A stretch of DNA of 20,000 nucleotides from Chiloscyllium plagiosum. Lineage: Eukaryota. The notes beneath the pieces are model-generated. The model was not told the origin of the DNA and did not search any database. It worked only from the letters and a program-made list of their open reading frames with translations. This document shows positions 10,300-19,034 of the stretch, in pieces. Both the position numbers and the translations under genes were made by a program. The stretch lies in assembly GCF_004010195.1 (NCBI RefSeq), contig NC_057720.1, positions 11,271,911-11,291,910 on the forward strand, given 5' to 3'. Each line of letters starts with the position of its first letter. The stretch's first letter is position 1.

Positions 10300-10990
10300 G
10301 AGGGATGATCTCATCAGAAATCTATAAAATTCTGACATCACTAGACAGGGTAAACACAGAAAGGATGTTTTCAATGACCAGGGAGTCCCGGACTAGCAGG
10401 TCACAGACAAGGCCATTTAAGATCAGATGAGATTCTCTACAGTATGGAAACAGGCCCTTCGGCCCAACAAGTCCACACCAACCCTCCAAAGCATAACCCA
10501 CCCAGACCCATTCCCCTACCCTACCCTATCCTATATTTACCCTTGACTACTATGGACAATTTAGCACAGCCAATTCACCTGACCAGCACATCTTTGGATT
10601 ATGAGAGGAAACCAGAGCACCCAGAGGAAACCCACAAGACACAGGGCGAATGTGCAAACTCCACACAGACCATTTCCCAATCTGAGAATTGAACCCGGGT
10701 CCCTGGTGCTGTGAGGCAGCAGTGCTAACCACTGTGCCACCCCCACAGGACTGACTTGAAGTGAAATGTCTTTATCCAGAGAGTGAGGAGCGCATGGAAT
10801 TCTCTGCCACTAAAAATAGTTGAGTCCAAAGCATTGAGAGTTTTCAAGGAGGAATTAGATATGGCTCTTAGGACTAAGGAATATCGGGAGTGAGTGTGAA
10901 AGGGGCACTGAGCTGGATGATGAGTCAATGTCCTATTGAATGATGGAGCAGGCTGAAAGGGCTGAATAGCCTAATCATACTTTCTATGAA
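10300..10990 (+). mobile_element. Old CR1 3' fragment split by the V-SINE at 10421-10742
   Basis: gatctcatcagaaatctataaaattctga...ggccatttaaga | aggactgac...tttatccagagagtgaggagcgcatggaattctctgccac...tail ggagcaggctgaaagggctgaatagcc. Confidence 0.8.
10421..10742 (-). mobile_element. HE1-type V-SINE
   Basis: Minus strand GTGGCACAGTGGTTAGCACTGCTGCCTCACAGCACCAGGGACCCGGGTTCAATTC, V-domain, and CR1-like tail. Confidence 0.92.
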
Positions 10991-11059
10991 GAGTGCAGAG
11001 TCAGAAGCTCAATAGTGGGAGGCAGTCCAGTCCTTCTGTGGAGGTTGCTGCTGATCGAA

Positions 11060-11325
11060 TGGTGGAATCCCCACCATTTGGGAGCAGACCATTTGGCCCA
11101 TCAAATCCACACTAATCCTCTGAAGAGCATCCCACTCAGACCCACCCCATTCCTGTAACCTTGCATTTCCCATGGCCAATCCACCTAACCTACACATCTT
11201 TGGACTGTGCGAGCACCCAAAGGAAGCCAACGCAGACTCAGGAAAATGTGCAAGCTCCACACAGATGGTCGCTGAGTGTGGAATTGAACCTGGGTCCCGA
11301 GTACTGTGAGGCAGCAGTGCCACCC
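11060..11325 (-). mobile_element. HE1-type V-SINE, older variant
   Basis: catggccaatccacctaacctacacatctttggactgtg...ggaattgaacctgggtccc...tgtgaggcagcagtgc. Confidence 0.88.
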
Positions 11326-11986
11326 CATCCCCTTATAGGCTTACACTTTCCCTCACCTCGACACAAAGCTGTGGCAATGAAAACCCAACTCCTCCCGTTT
11401 ATTTATAAAACCTGGTCCTTTTTGATTCCACTCAGTCACTTGATGATCGGCAAAAGCCAGGCACATCTTACAGATCAATGATATCCTTTTTGTTAGATGG
11501 GCCAGTTAAAGAGCCTATAAAGGCAAACAGAGTCAGAAAACCAATCCAGCCTGTGATAAATCGCCGTGTCGTGAAATGAGTATGAAATGTATTTAGCGGG
11601 ACTCAGGTAGACGGTTACAACTGGCTGAGTCTGCATTCAACCTTCAGATTCTGTGAAAACACCATTTCATATTATTAATAAAGCTTTGGGTTTCCTGTCA
11701 GTAACTGTGTCTTTGCGAAGGGTGGAGGACGAGCTTTATGAGTTTTAAATTATCCTTTAAGTCATAAATCTTGCTTCTGATGGTTGTATGGGGCTTTATC
11801 GCTCTGTTCTGTTGCACTACAGATCACTGATCTGTTCAGCTTGGCTGTGTGTATTGCTCAGAGATAGATACCAGTGCACCCAGCCACCTCACTACACCTT
11901 CTGGATCCTGGCAGGTTTTTTTTGCAGCCAGTCTGGGGGATAGATTCCTTTCCCCACCACCTTGTCCATTCAACACTATTTTTTTT

Positions 11987-12126
11987 AGAAACAAATTCCT
12001 GCAGACGCTGGAATCTATAATGAAAACAACAAATGCTGGAGATCACAGTGGGCCAGACAGCATCCACGGAGAGAGAGCAAGCTAACATTTTGAGTCAAGT
12101 TGACTCCTCTTCAGAACTCTGATGAG
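11987..12126 (-). mobile_element. Penelope-like terminal repeat fragment with degenerate hammerhead motif
   Basis: ctgcagacgctggaatc...aatgctggagatcacagtgggccagacagcatcc parallels 12193-12260. Minus strand reads CTGAAGA G GAGTC aactt GACTC AAAA; an inverted start ctgatgag lies at 12119-12126. Confidence 0.6.
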
Positions 12127-12180
12127 TTTTTCATCACTTTATTTTGCTGCACAATTCGTTTGCAATGCTTGACGCGAGGC

Positions 12181-12303
12181 GAAAGTGAGGATTGCAGATG
12201 CTGGAGATTAGAGTCGAGAGTGTGGTGTTGGAAAAGCACAGCAGGTCAGGTAGCTTCCAAGGAGCAGGAGAGTCGACATTTCAGGCAAAAGCCCTTCATC
12301 AGC
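12181..12303 (-). mobile_element. Penelope-like terminal repeat fragment
   Basis: gaaagtgaggattgcagatgctggaga...ggaaaagcacagcaggtcagg...gcccttcatcag; related copies at 919-986 and 13319-13391. Confidence 0.75.
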
Positions 12304-12304
12304 A
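12268..12304 (-). ncRNA. Minimal hammerhead ribozyme motif (Penelope-type)
   Basis: Minus strand CUGAUGA-A-GGGC-UUUU-GCCU-GAAA-UGUCGACUC: both core boxes, stem II and a palindromic GUCGAC stem III region. Confidence 0.6.
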
Positions 12305-12339
12305 ATGACCATACTCGACCCTAGCCCCATCCCTCCCCT

Positions 12340-12975
12340 TCTCTCTCAGGGACTGGGACAGACTGTTGTCAAATCTGGATCCTACCCTGCCCTGAGTTGA
12401 GCTTCCAATCCCTTTATCTCTCCAGCACTGACTTCTACCTCCATGACACGACCACCTTTGTCCTGCTGAAATCCTCAGTCTGTCACCTCTGGACCTGACT
12501 ATTCCAATGCACTGCTGACTCTGTAGGCTCCCACCTCCCACCATCCCAAACTCCCCCAGACCTATCTTGTCCATCACGACAATCCTCTGCTGGCTGTAGG
12601 TTAATCACACCTTTGCTTTAGGAAAGGCTTCTGCGCAGAAAGGGAACTATGTCATGGAGATATCAGAACACATGGAACTGGAGCTGGGGTCTATAAGGTT
12701 CTATGTAAGATCTCCTCTCTTACCATCCTCTGTGCATAGTTATTTCCAATAAAGGCTGTTGTTGTTCTCTGATAACAGAATGTAGACCTCACGTTACAAC
12801 ACTGCCCAGTATTCATAGACTCCCAATCCAGCAATGCGTCAATTTTAAACTTTTCATCTGTGCTCACAGATCAACCCATGGTCTCACCTCTCTCTATCAG
12901 CGTAACCATTCTTCAGCCCTACAATGTTTTGAGATCACTGCATTCTTTAAAACTGGCCTTTTGTGTGTCCCTGAT
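12340..12975 (+). mobile_element. L2 LINE ORF2 relic split by a solo LTR at 12595-12801
   Basis: gtcacctctggacctgactattccaatgcactgctg (VTSGPDYSNALL, cf. VTSRLDYSNALL). After the insert: aattttaaacttttcatc (FKLFI) and cttcagccctacaa. Confidence 0.7.
12595..12801 (+). mobile_element. Candidate 207-bp solo LTR
   Basis: Starts TGTAG, ends CAACA. TATAA at 12692-12696, AATAAA at 12748-12753. Flanks ctggc (12590-12594) and ctgcc (12802-12806) form a 4/5 TSD. Interrupts an L2. Confidence 0.6.
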
Positions 12976-12983
12976 TCCTATCT

Positions 12984-13262
12984 CATAAGATCATCAGAAA
13001 TAACAGCAGGAATGGACTTTCCAGCCACGTGAATCTGCTTCACCATCCAATACAGTCATGGCTGATTTTCCACTTCAACTCCATCTATCTGCCCACTCCG
13101 CGGATCCAAGAACAAAACATCTCCCTCTGCCTTAAATGCATGCAATGCCAATACCTCCACAGCCCTTTGAGATCAAGAATTCCAAAGGTTCACGATCCTT
13201 TGAGTGATGAAACTTCTCCTCATCTTGGTCCTGAATGAGTGATAACTTCTCCTGAAATCATG
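12984..13262 (-). mobile_element. Old CR1 3' end
   Basis: Tail cataagatcatcagaaat...tcatggctgat; gaattccaaaggttcacgatcctttgagtgatgaaacttctcctcatc (reverse MRRSFITQRIVNLWNS). Confidence 0.75.
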
Positions 13263-13318
13263 TTGTTGCTCATATTGACTGAGGGTCAGTAATGGAGTAC
13301 ACAGGATATTGGCGAAGA

Positions 13319-13391
13319 GAAAGTGAGGGATTGCAGATGCTCAAAAGTGTAGTGCTGGAAAAGCACAGCAGGTCAAGCAGCATCTGAGGAG
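13319..13391 (-). mobile_element. Penelope-like repeat fragment, truncated
   Basis: gaaagtgagggattgcagatgct...gtgctggaaaagcacagcaggtcaagcagcatctgaggag matches 12181-12264. Confidence 0.7.
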
Positions 13392-13717
13392 TGAGACTGT
13401 GCCTAGAGGACTGTTTACAGGTTCAACCTCCTTATTTAAGAAATGATGTAATTGCTTGAAAGGAATTCAGAGAATGTTCATTTGTTTCATTCCTGGGATA
13501 AAAGGCTTATCCTGTGGGCAGGGGGAGAATAGGTTGGACCTTTATGCATTGGAGTTTATAAAATTTTGAGGGGACTAGATAAGGTTTTCTCGTGAGGAGG
13601 AGACAAAAACCAGTGGATGTAGTTTAAGAATAAGAAGTCTGAATTTTAAGACAGAGGTGAAGATTATTTAATTTTCTCAGAGAATGTCAGTAGAGTATGG
13701 CACCTTCCTTCCAAGGA

Positions 13718-13930
13718 TAAAGTTAAAATCACTCAACACCAGGTTATGGTCCAACAGGCATTTTTGGAAGCACTAGCTTTTGGAGTGTTGCTCCTTAATC
13801 AGGTGGCCTGATGAAGCAGCGTCGCTCCGAAAGCAAGTGCTTCCAAATAAATCTGTTGGACTATAACCTGGTGTTTGTGTGATTTTTAACTTTGCCCACC
13901 CCAGTTCCATCATCGACACCTCCTCATCAA
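13718..13930. mobile_element. Penelope-like inverted-repeat insertion with TSD
   Basis: Arms 13719-13803 and 13807-13893 are imperfect reverse complements. TSD tccttccaagga (13706-13717) / tcctcccaagga (13931-13942), 11/12 identical. Confidence 0.8.
13806..13842 (+). ncRNA. Minimal hammerhead ribozyme motif (Penelope-type), stem II with one mismatch
   Basis: CUGAUGA (13808-13814) A GCAGC guc GCUCC GAAA (13829-13832). Confidence 0.5.
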
Positions 13931-14096
13931 TCCTCCCAAGGAGACATTGAAGGCTGAATTGAAGAGATTTTTGGGAGTCAAGACTTACAGGAAAATGGAG
14001 CTGTGACCACAACCGGAATCAACCATGGGCTTATTGGAGGGTGGAGCAGTCTCATGGAGCTGCATAGCTACTTCTGCCCCCAAGCTCAGTTGGAGG

Positions 14097-14292
14097 TCTC
14101 CTCAGTCTCCTGGCCATTATTTATCCCTCAACCAATCCTCACTAACACTAACTATCTGCTTACAATCACATTGGGAGCTTGCTGTGCATTGTTGCCACAT
14201 TACAACAGTGACCAGCACCTTAGAATACTTTATTGTCCTAAAGTTCAAGAGGATGTTGAGAAGACGGAGACAGTGAAATTCTTTCTCTTTAT
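14097..14292 (+). mobile_element. DeuSINE 3' half
   Basis: tcctggccattatttatccctcaaccaa...tgggagcttgctgtgca...cattacaacagtgacc...tactttattg; resembles the recalled SacSINE1/AmnSINE1 sequence. Confidence 0.7.
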
Positions 14293-14322
14293 TATTTATT
14301 CAGCCCTGTGAACATTGCTGAA

Positions 14323-15267
14323 TGTTATGATTCCTAACAAAACAGCCACATTTGCAATGCAGACCAGCTTTTTGTTCAAAGTGGACACGGACTGGGGTCC
14401 GGGATGCTTACTAAGAGAATAAAGCCACAAAATCCACAGCTTTGAATAAACAAATTAGCATTTATTATACAAAGTTAGAACAGTAGAACAATTTACTATA
14501 TATGTACAAATTATACTCTGACATCCAGAATTAACATGAAGTAAATACAAGTAGTAAACAACCTTCAGACATTATTGAAATTGCGGGTCATCAAACCTCA
14601 TTAAACTTTTACAAACCATTCCATTTCTTCACTTTCTCAGTCCTAATTTCAGAATTTTCTCTGAAGCCACTTAGTTATAGATTGCTTCACTGACTGCTCA
14701 GATGTGCTTATGCATTCTACTGGATGCCTGAGACTACATGCCAACATCTACTTACCAAAACAATTTAAGGTCTTTTGCTGACAGCTAACTTTACAAAGCT
14801 GGCACTGCCCCTGGATTTCTCGGTGATTTGGTATTTCTCAGCCGCACCAAGCATGTCCTACTTGTGGACTTCTGTCACCTCTACCCTTAGCTGCACTAAA
14901 TGTTTAATGCATCTCGGGATTGATCCCTAGCTCCCTCTATTCCAGAAAGCTCCCTGGGCTTTTCCTGAGTCCTAACCCTAATTCTTCAATGTGACTACTG
15001 GCTCCCAGGACTTTTTTGAGCCCTAATTGCTCCAAGCCACTGTGGCAGCACCATTTTCAGGATGGAGCCTCTTGTCCAGGCTGCCATCACCTGATCCTGA
15101 ACCTATCACATGGTTAATGGTTCTAAGCATCCCAAGTCCTTTTTATTGGCCAGTGGTCTCCTTTCACAGAGTCCTCAATTCCATTTCTCCTAACCCAAAT
15201 TGCTAGGCCTGTGAACAATTAAAGAGAAAGTACAGAGTGCATACAGTCTCTCACTCTATCGCTTACA
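14323..15267 (-). mobile_element. Possible solo LTR (~945 bp), unclassified
   Basis: Starts TGTTA, ends TTACA; minus-strand AATAAA at 14461-14466. No TSD found, so boundaries are uncertain. Confidence 0.3.
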
Positions 15268-15328
15268 ATGTGGTGGAATTGGTGGCTTAGTGGGAAATGG
15301 AGTCCTTGCCAGAGCATTCTTAGAAGGT

Positions 15329-16083
15329 TATAGAGTCATAAAGTCATTGAGATGTACAGCACGGAAACAGCCCCATTGGTCCAACTCATCCATGCCGACC
15401 AGCTATCCTAAACAAATCTAACCCCATTGGCCAGCACCCGGCCCACATCCCTCTAAACCCTTCCTATTCATATACCCATCCAGATGCCTTTTAAATGCTG
15501 TAATTGTTCCAACCTCCACCTCTTCCTCTGGTGGTTCATTCCATGCATGTTCCATCCTCTGTGTGAAAATATTTGCCTTAGGTCATTTTTAAATATTTCG
15601 CCTCTCATCTTAAATCTATGCCCTCTAGTTTTGGATTTGCCTACCTTGGGAAAAAGATTTTGGCTATTCATCTTATCCTCATGAATTTATAAACTTCTAC
15701 AAGGTCACCCTTCAGCCTCTGACTCTCCAGGGAAAACAGCCCCAGGTTATTCAGACTCTCCCTGGAGCTCAAAGCCTCCAACCCCAACAATATCCTTTTA
15801 AATCTTTTCTACGCCCTTTCAAGTTCAACAACATTTTTCCTATAGCAGGGAGCCAGCACTGAACGCAGAATTCCAAAAGTGGCCTAACCAATGTCTGTAC
15901 AGCTGCAACATGACCTCCCAATTCCTATACTCAATTCAATGACCAATAAAAGCAAGGGTACCAAATGCTGCCTTTTTTCTTGTCTACCTGTGACTCCACT
16001 ATCGCGGAGCTATGAACCTGCACTCCAAGGTCTCTTTGTTTGTCAACACTCCCCAGGAGCCTCCCATGAAGTGCATAAGTCAG
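15329..16083 (-). mobile_element. CR1 (HER1-like) LINE 3' fragment
   Basis: Tail tatagagtcataaagtcattgagatgtacagc; ORF 15468-15671 NSQNLFPKVGKSKTRGHRFKMRGE; colinear with 1899-2650. Confidence 0.93.
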
Positions 16084-16359
16084 GTTTCATATCATAAAAC
16101 TAAAAACAATCCCACTTGTTCATTGACTGTGAGCTGTATGTGATTAAGTATCTATGAAAGAGAGAATACACTCAAGACATTCTAGAGTGCCATCAATCTT
16201 AGTCCATAGGGAAGGTCAGCAGCCAATCCATGCACAACAAGTAACCACAAGCAGCAGTGGTGAGAAGATTTGCCTTAGCGATGAATATTGGTCACTTCCT
16301 CTCTGTGTAAGATTTTTCGTATTTACCTGAACGGGCAGATGGGACCTTCTCCCTGGAAA

Positions 16360-16665
16360 TGATCCTGTTCACCTGTCATCCTGTCCTCACTGACCTGCAC
16401 TGGATTACACTCTGGCAAAAACTCAACCTCAGGATTCTCCTTCTCAAATCCCGAGGATTTGTGGACTCCCTCCTCCCAATCAGATCCCCTGACTCTGCAA
16501 CTTCCAACCCTCCAGGAACTCTGCATTCTTCAAACTCCGGATTCTTCCACAATCCCTGCCTTCCCACAACATTGTGCCTTCAAGGTATCACCACCCAAAG
16601 CTCTCGGCTTTGTTCTGTCCACCTCTCTGCCTTTCTTTAAGATGCGCACTAAGACCTGGCTGCTG
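16360..16665 (+). mobile_element. L2 LINE ORF2 C-terminal relic
   Basis: ORF 16359-16640 HPVLTDLHWITLWQKLNLRILLL resembles the L2 motif TPVLxxLHWLPVxxRIxFKILLL; ends ctttaagatgcgcactaagacc. Confidence 0.7.
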
Positions 16666-16690
16666 AAATGGTGAATTGAAAAGGAGACTT

Positions 16691-17058
16691 GGGAAGATGG
16701 TGGCCTCATGGTAATGGATTAGTGATCACAGCTCAGGTTAAGACCCTCAGAACAGCAGTTCAAATTCCACCATGGCAGCTGACGGGATTTAAATTCGATC
16801 AATTGAAGCAAAAGTCAGTCACCATGACAACAACTATCATCAATTGTTGTTAAAAGCCCATTGTATCCCAATGTCCTTTAAGGAAGGAAATCTCCCATCC
16901 TTAGTTGACCTGGCTGACATGTGACTCCAGATTCACAGCAATGCGGTTGACCCTTACCAGCCCTCTGAAATGGCCTTTCCTGAGTTCATGGGCAATTAGG
17001 GATGGGCAACAAATGCTGGCCTTGCCAGTGACGCCAACATCCCATGAGAAGACAAAGA
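16691..17058 (+). mobile_element. Near full-length tRNA-derived SINE
   Basis: A-box-like tggcctcatgg (16701-16711), B-box-like agttcaaattcc, body atgtcctttaaggaaggaaatct...gtgactccag, LINE-derived tail gggcaattagggatgggcaacaaatgctggccttgccag. Confidence 0.85.
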
Positions 17059-17157
17059 TTGGACTAATGTGGCCGACCCTGCATTTAGAAACAGTCACCC
17101 AATTCATCCCTTACCCTGAAGGCCTGGTATTTTTTCACCTCACATATTTATCCAATT

Positions 17158-17464
17158 ACTTAGATTTAGATTTAGATTACTTTACAGTGTGGAAACAGGC
17201 CCTTCGGCCCAACAAGTCCACACCGACCCGCCGAAGCACAACCCACTCATACCCCTACATCTATCCCTTACCTAACACTGCGGCCAATTCACCTGACCTG
17301 CACATCTTTGGACTGTGGGAGGAAACCGGAGCACCCGGAGGAAACCCACGCAGACACGGGGAGAATGTGCAAACTCCACACAGTCAGTCGCCTGAGTCGG
17401 GAATTGAACCCGGGTCTCTGGCGCTGTGAGGCAGCAGTGCCAACCACTGTGCCACTGTGCCGCC
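17158..17464 (-). mobile_element. Full-length young HE1-type V-SINE with TSD
   Basis: A box TGGCACAGTGG (17444-17454) and B box GGTTCAATTCC (17400-17410) on the minus strand; CpG-rich; (TCTAAA)n tail; TSD ccaatt at 17152-17157 / 17464-17469. Confidence 0.95.
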
Positions 17465-17494
17465 CAATTCACATTTGGATGTTAGCAATGCATC

Positions 17495-17855
17495 TCCTTT
17501 TACCATCCTGACAGGCCACACATCCAGATTGTACTCACTTTAGATTTAATTAGTCAATTAATTGAAATGTTGTTACTGATCATTCTGTGACTGAAAACAA
17601 TTTCTCTATTTATTTAATCAATCTAAAGCAGGCACCATTTTGACCAACTTTGTGAAATCTCTCCATGACTTTTTCAGCTTGAAGGGCAATGTCCTAGTTT
17701 CCCCTGAGCCACAATGTACCTGGAATCCCTTACCCGATACCATTCTAGTGAAGCCCTCTGCATTCTCGCTGAGAATTTGGCAACCCTTCCTAAAGACTGG
17801 GACCCAGAGTAGGCCACAGGCCTCTAGCTGGAGGCTACCCAAAAGTATAATCCAA
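17495..17855 (-). mobile_element. Very old CR1 ORF2 relic
   Basis: ORF 17618-17923 QLEACGLLWVPVFRKG...FTRMVSG resembles HLEYCVQFWSPYLRKD...FTRMIPG. Confidence 0.6.
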
Positions 17856-17924
17856 TAAAACAGACAAATGACGCATACTGATCTGACACACCTTGTAAAC
17901 CTCAAAATGATGGACCAGTACATT

Positions 17925-18275
17925 CATAGAAACATAGAAGCTAGAAGCAGGATGAGGCCATTTGGCCCTTTGAGCCTGCTCCACCATTCATTATGATCAT
18001 GGCTGATTGTCCAACTCAGTAGCCTAAATTTGCTTTCTCCCCATTTGCCCCAAGTGCTGTATCTAGCTGCCTTTTAAACACAGTCAATGTTTTGGCATCA
18101 ACTCCTTCCTGTGATAATGAATTCCACAGGCTCACCACTCTTTGGCTGAAGAAATGTCTCCCCGTCTCCATCCTAAATGATTAACCCGAATCCTCAGATT
18201 GTGACCCCTGGTTCTGGATGCACCCACCATCTGGAGTATCCTGCCAGGTCCTGTTCGAATTTTACAAGTCTCTAG
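17925..18275 (-). mobile_element. CR1 3' end (older subfamily)
   Basis: Tail catagaaacatagaa...gaggccatttggccctttgagcctgctccaccattca; gaattccacaggctcaccactctttggctgaagaaatg (reverse HFFSQRVVSLWNS). Confidence 0.85.
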
Positions 18276-18304
18276 AATTTGATTCATTTGCAAATCTCAC
18301 TGGG

Positions 18305-18595
18305 TTTTTTTTTTCCACAGGGCCAGTATCCCATCACCAGGTCATGCTTTATTTACGCATGTAGAATCCTTGACACTAATCCAGCTCCCTCAGAGCCAAC
18401 TCTCAGAGTGCAGGAAAGCCCAGTAAGAGCAATGCATATGGACTCCTGACTTGGTTTTTTATTTTCTTTTTTTATCTTTTTCTTTTTTTATCCTCTTTTG
18501 AGACAGGGAAAAGAGCAGAGTCCTTCACTTCCACATTGATCCAGCTCCCTTACAGCCAGCTCTCAGAGTGAAAAGGACATCTGACACTCCTGTTG
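18305..18595 (-). mobile_element. Two partial copies of an LTR-like segment with poly(A) tracts
   Basis: Direct repeat 18379-18410 / 18539-18570 (29/32 identical). Minus-strand AATAAA at 18348-18353 followed 33 nt later by A10 (18305-18314). T-rich tract at 18455-18498. LTR identity is recalled, not verified. Confidence 0.5.
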
Positions 18596-18596
18596 A

Positions 18597-18713
18597 TTTT
18601 TTTTCTTTTACCCCCACACTACCGCCTAACTGCGGTAGTGCTTAGTTTTTCCCCAGGACTCATGTTGTGTGTGTGTGCAGGTGTGAGACACAGTGAGAGA
18701 CACAAGGTGCACG
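18597..18713 (-). mobile_element. Tx1-like LINE extreme 3' tail with poly(A) and hairpin
   Basis: Poly(T) 18597-18609; perfect 9-bp stem cactaccgc/gcggtagtg (18617-18640); 18692-18709 is the exact reverse complement of 18967-18984. Confidence 0.65.
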
Positions 18714-18716
18714 TTT

Positions 18717-19024
18717 GAGCCCGCGTGTCTCTGGAGAAGGAGCACACGGTGTCCACCAACACCCTTCAGCTGTTCAGGGAGAGGTGGGTGCCGCAGGGAG
18801 TGGAGTGTATTATTTCCCCCTCCAACTCTATTTTGATTTAATCCCTGCCCTCCCCTTCACTGTTTGATCATGCAGCATTGCCCTTTGATGTGAAGGGCAT
18901 TGATTGTCACTGGCTACTTGGGTGTTTCCTTTCTTCCTGGTGGTGGAAATTGAATAAAGATTTGTCCACCTTGTGTCTCTCACTAAAAACAAAAGAAAAA
19001 GAAGAAGAAAAATAAAGGAAAAAA
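18717..19024 (+). mobile_element. Tx1-like (L1 group) LINE ORF2 C-terminus plus 3' UTR
   Basis: 18719-18841 translates ARVSLEKEHTVSTNTLQLFRERWVPQGVECIISPSNSILI*; AATAAA at ~18953; A-rich tract 18985-19024. Confidence 0.7.
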
Positions 19025-19034
19025 CTGAGCAGGG

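Larger units (their letters stand above)
13428..14080 (+). mobile_element. Old CR1 3' fragment split by the Penelope-like palindrome
   Basis: ccttatttaagaaatgatgt...ttcagagaatgttca...ttcctgggataaaaggcttatcc (PYLRND...QRMF...PGIKGLS); resumes at 13931 and ends ggtggagcagtctcatggagctgcatagctacttctgcccc. Confidence 0.7.

Noticed and set aside
11800..11915. Possible exon after ctctgttctgttgcactacag
   Set aside because: Weak donor (gcag/gttttt) and no recognisable peptide.
16905..17429. 174-aa ORF
   Set aside because: Chance read-through across two SINEs; no protein features.
17395..17464. tRNA gene (A and B boxes)
   Set aside because: It is the tRNA-derived head of a V-SINE, continuous with the SINE body and tail.
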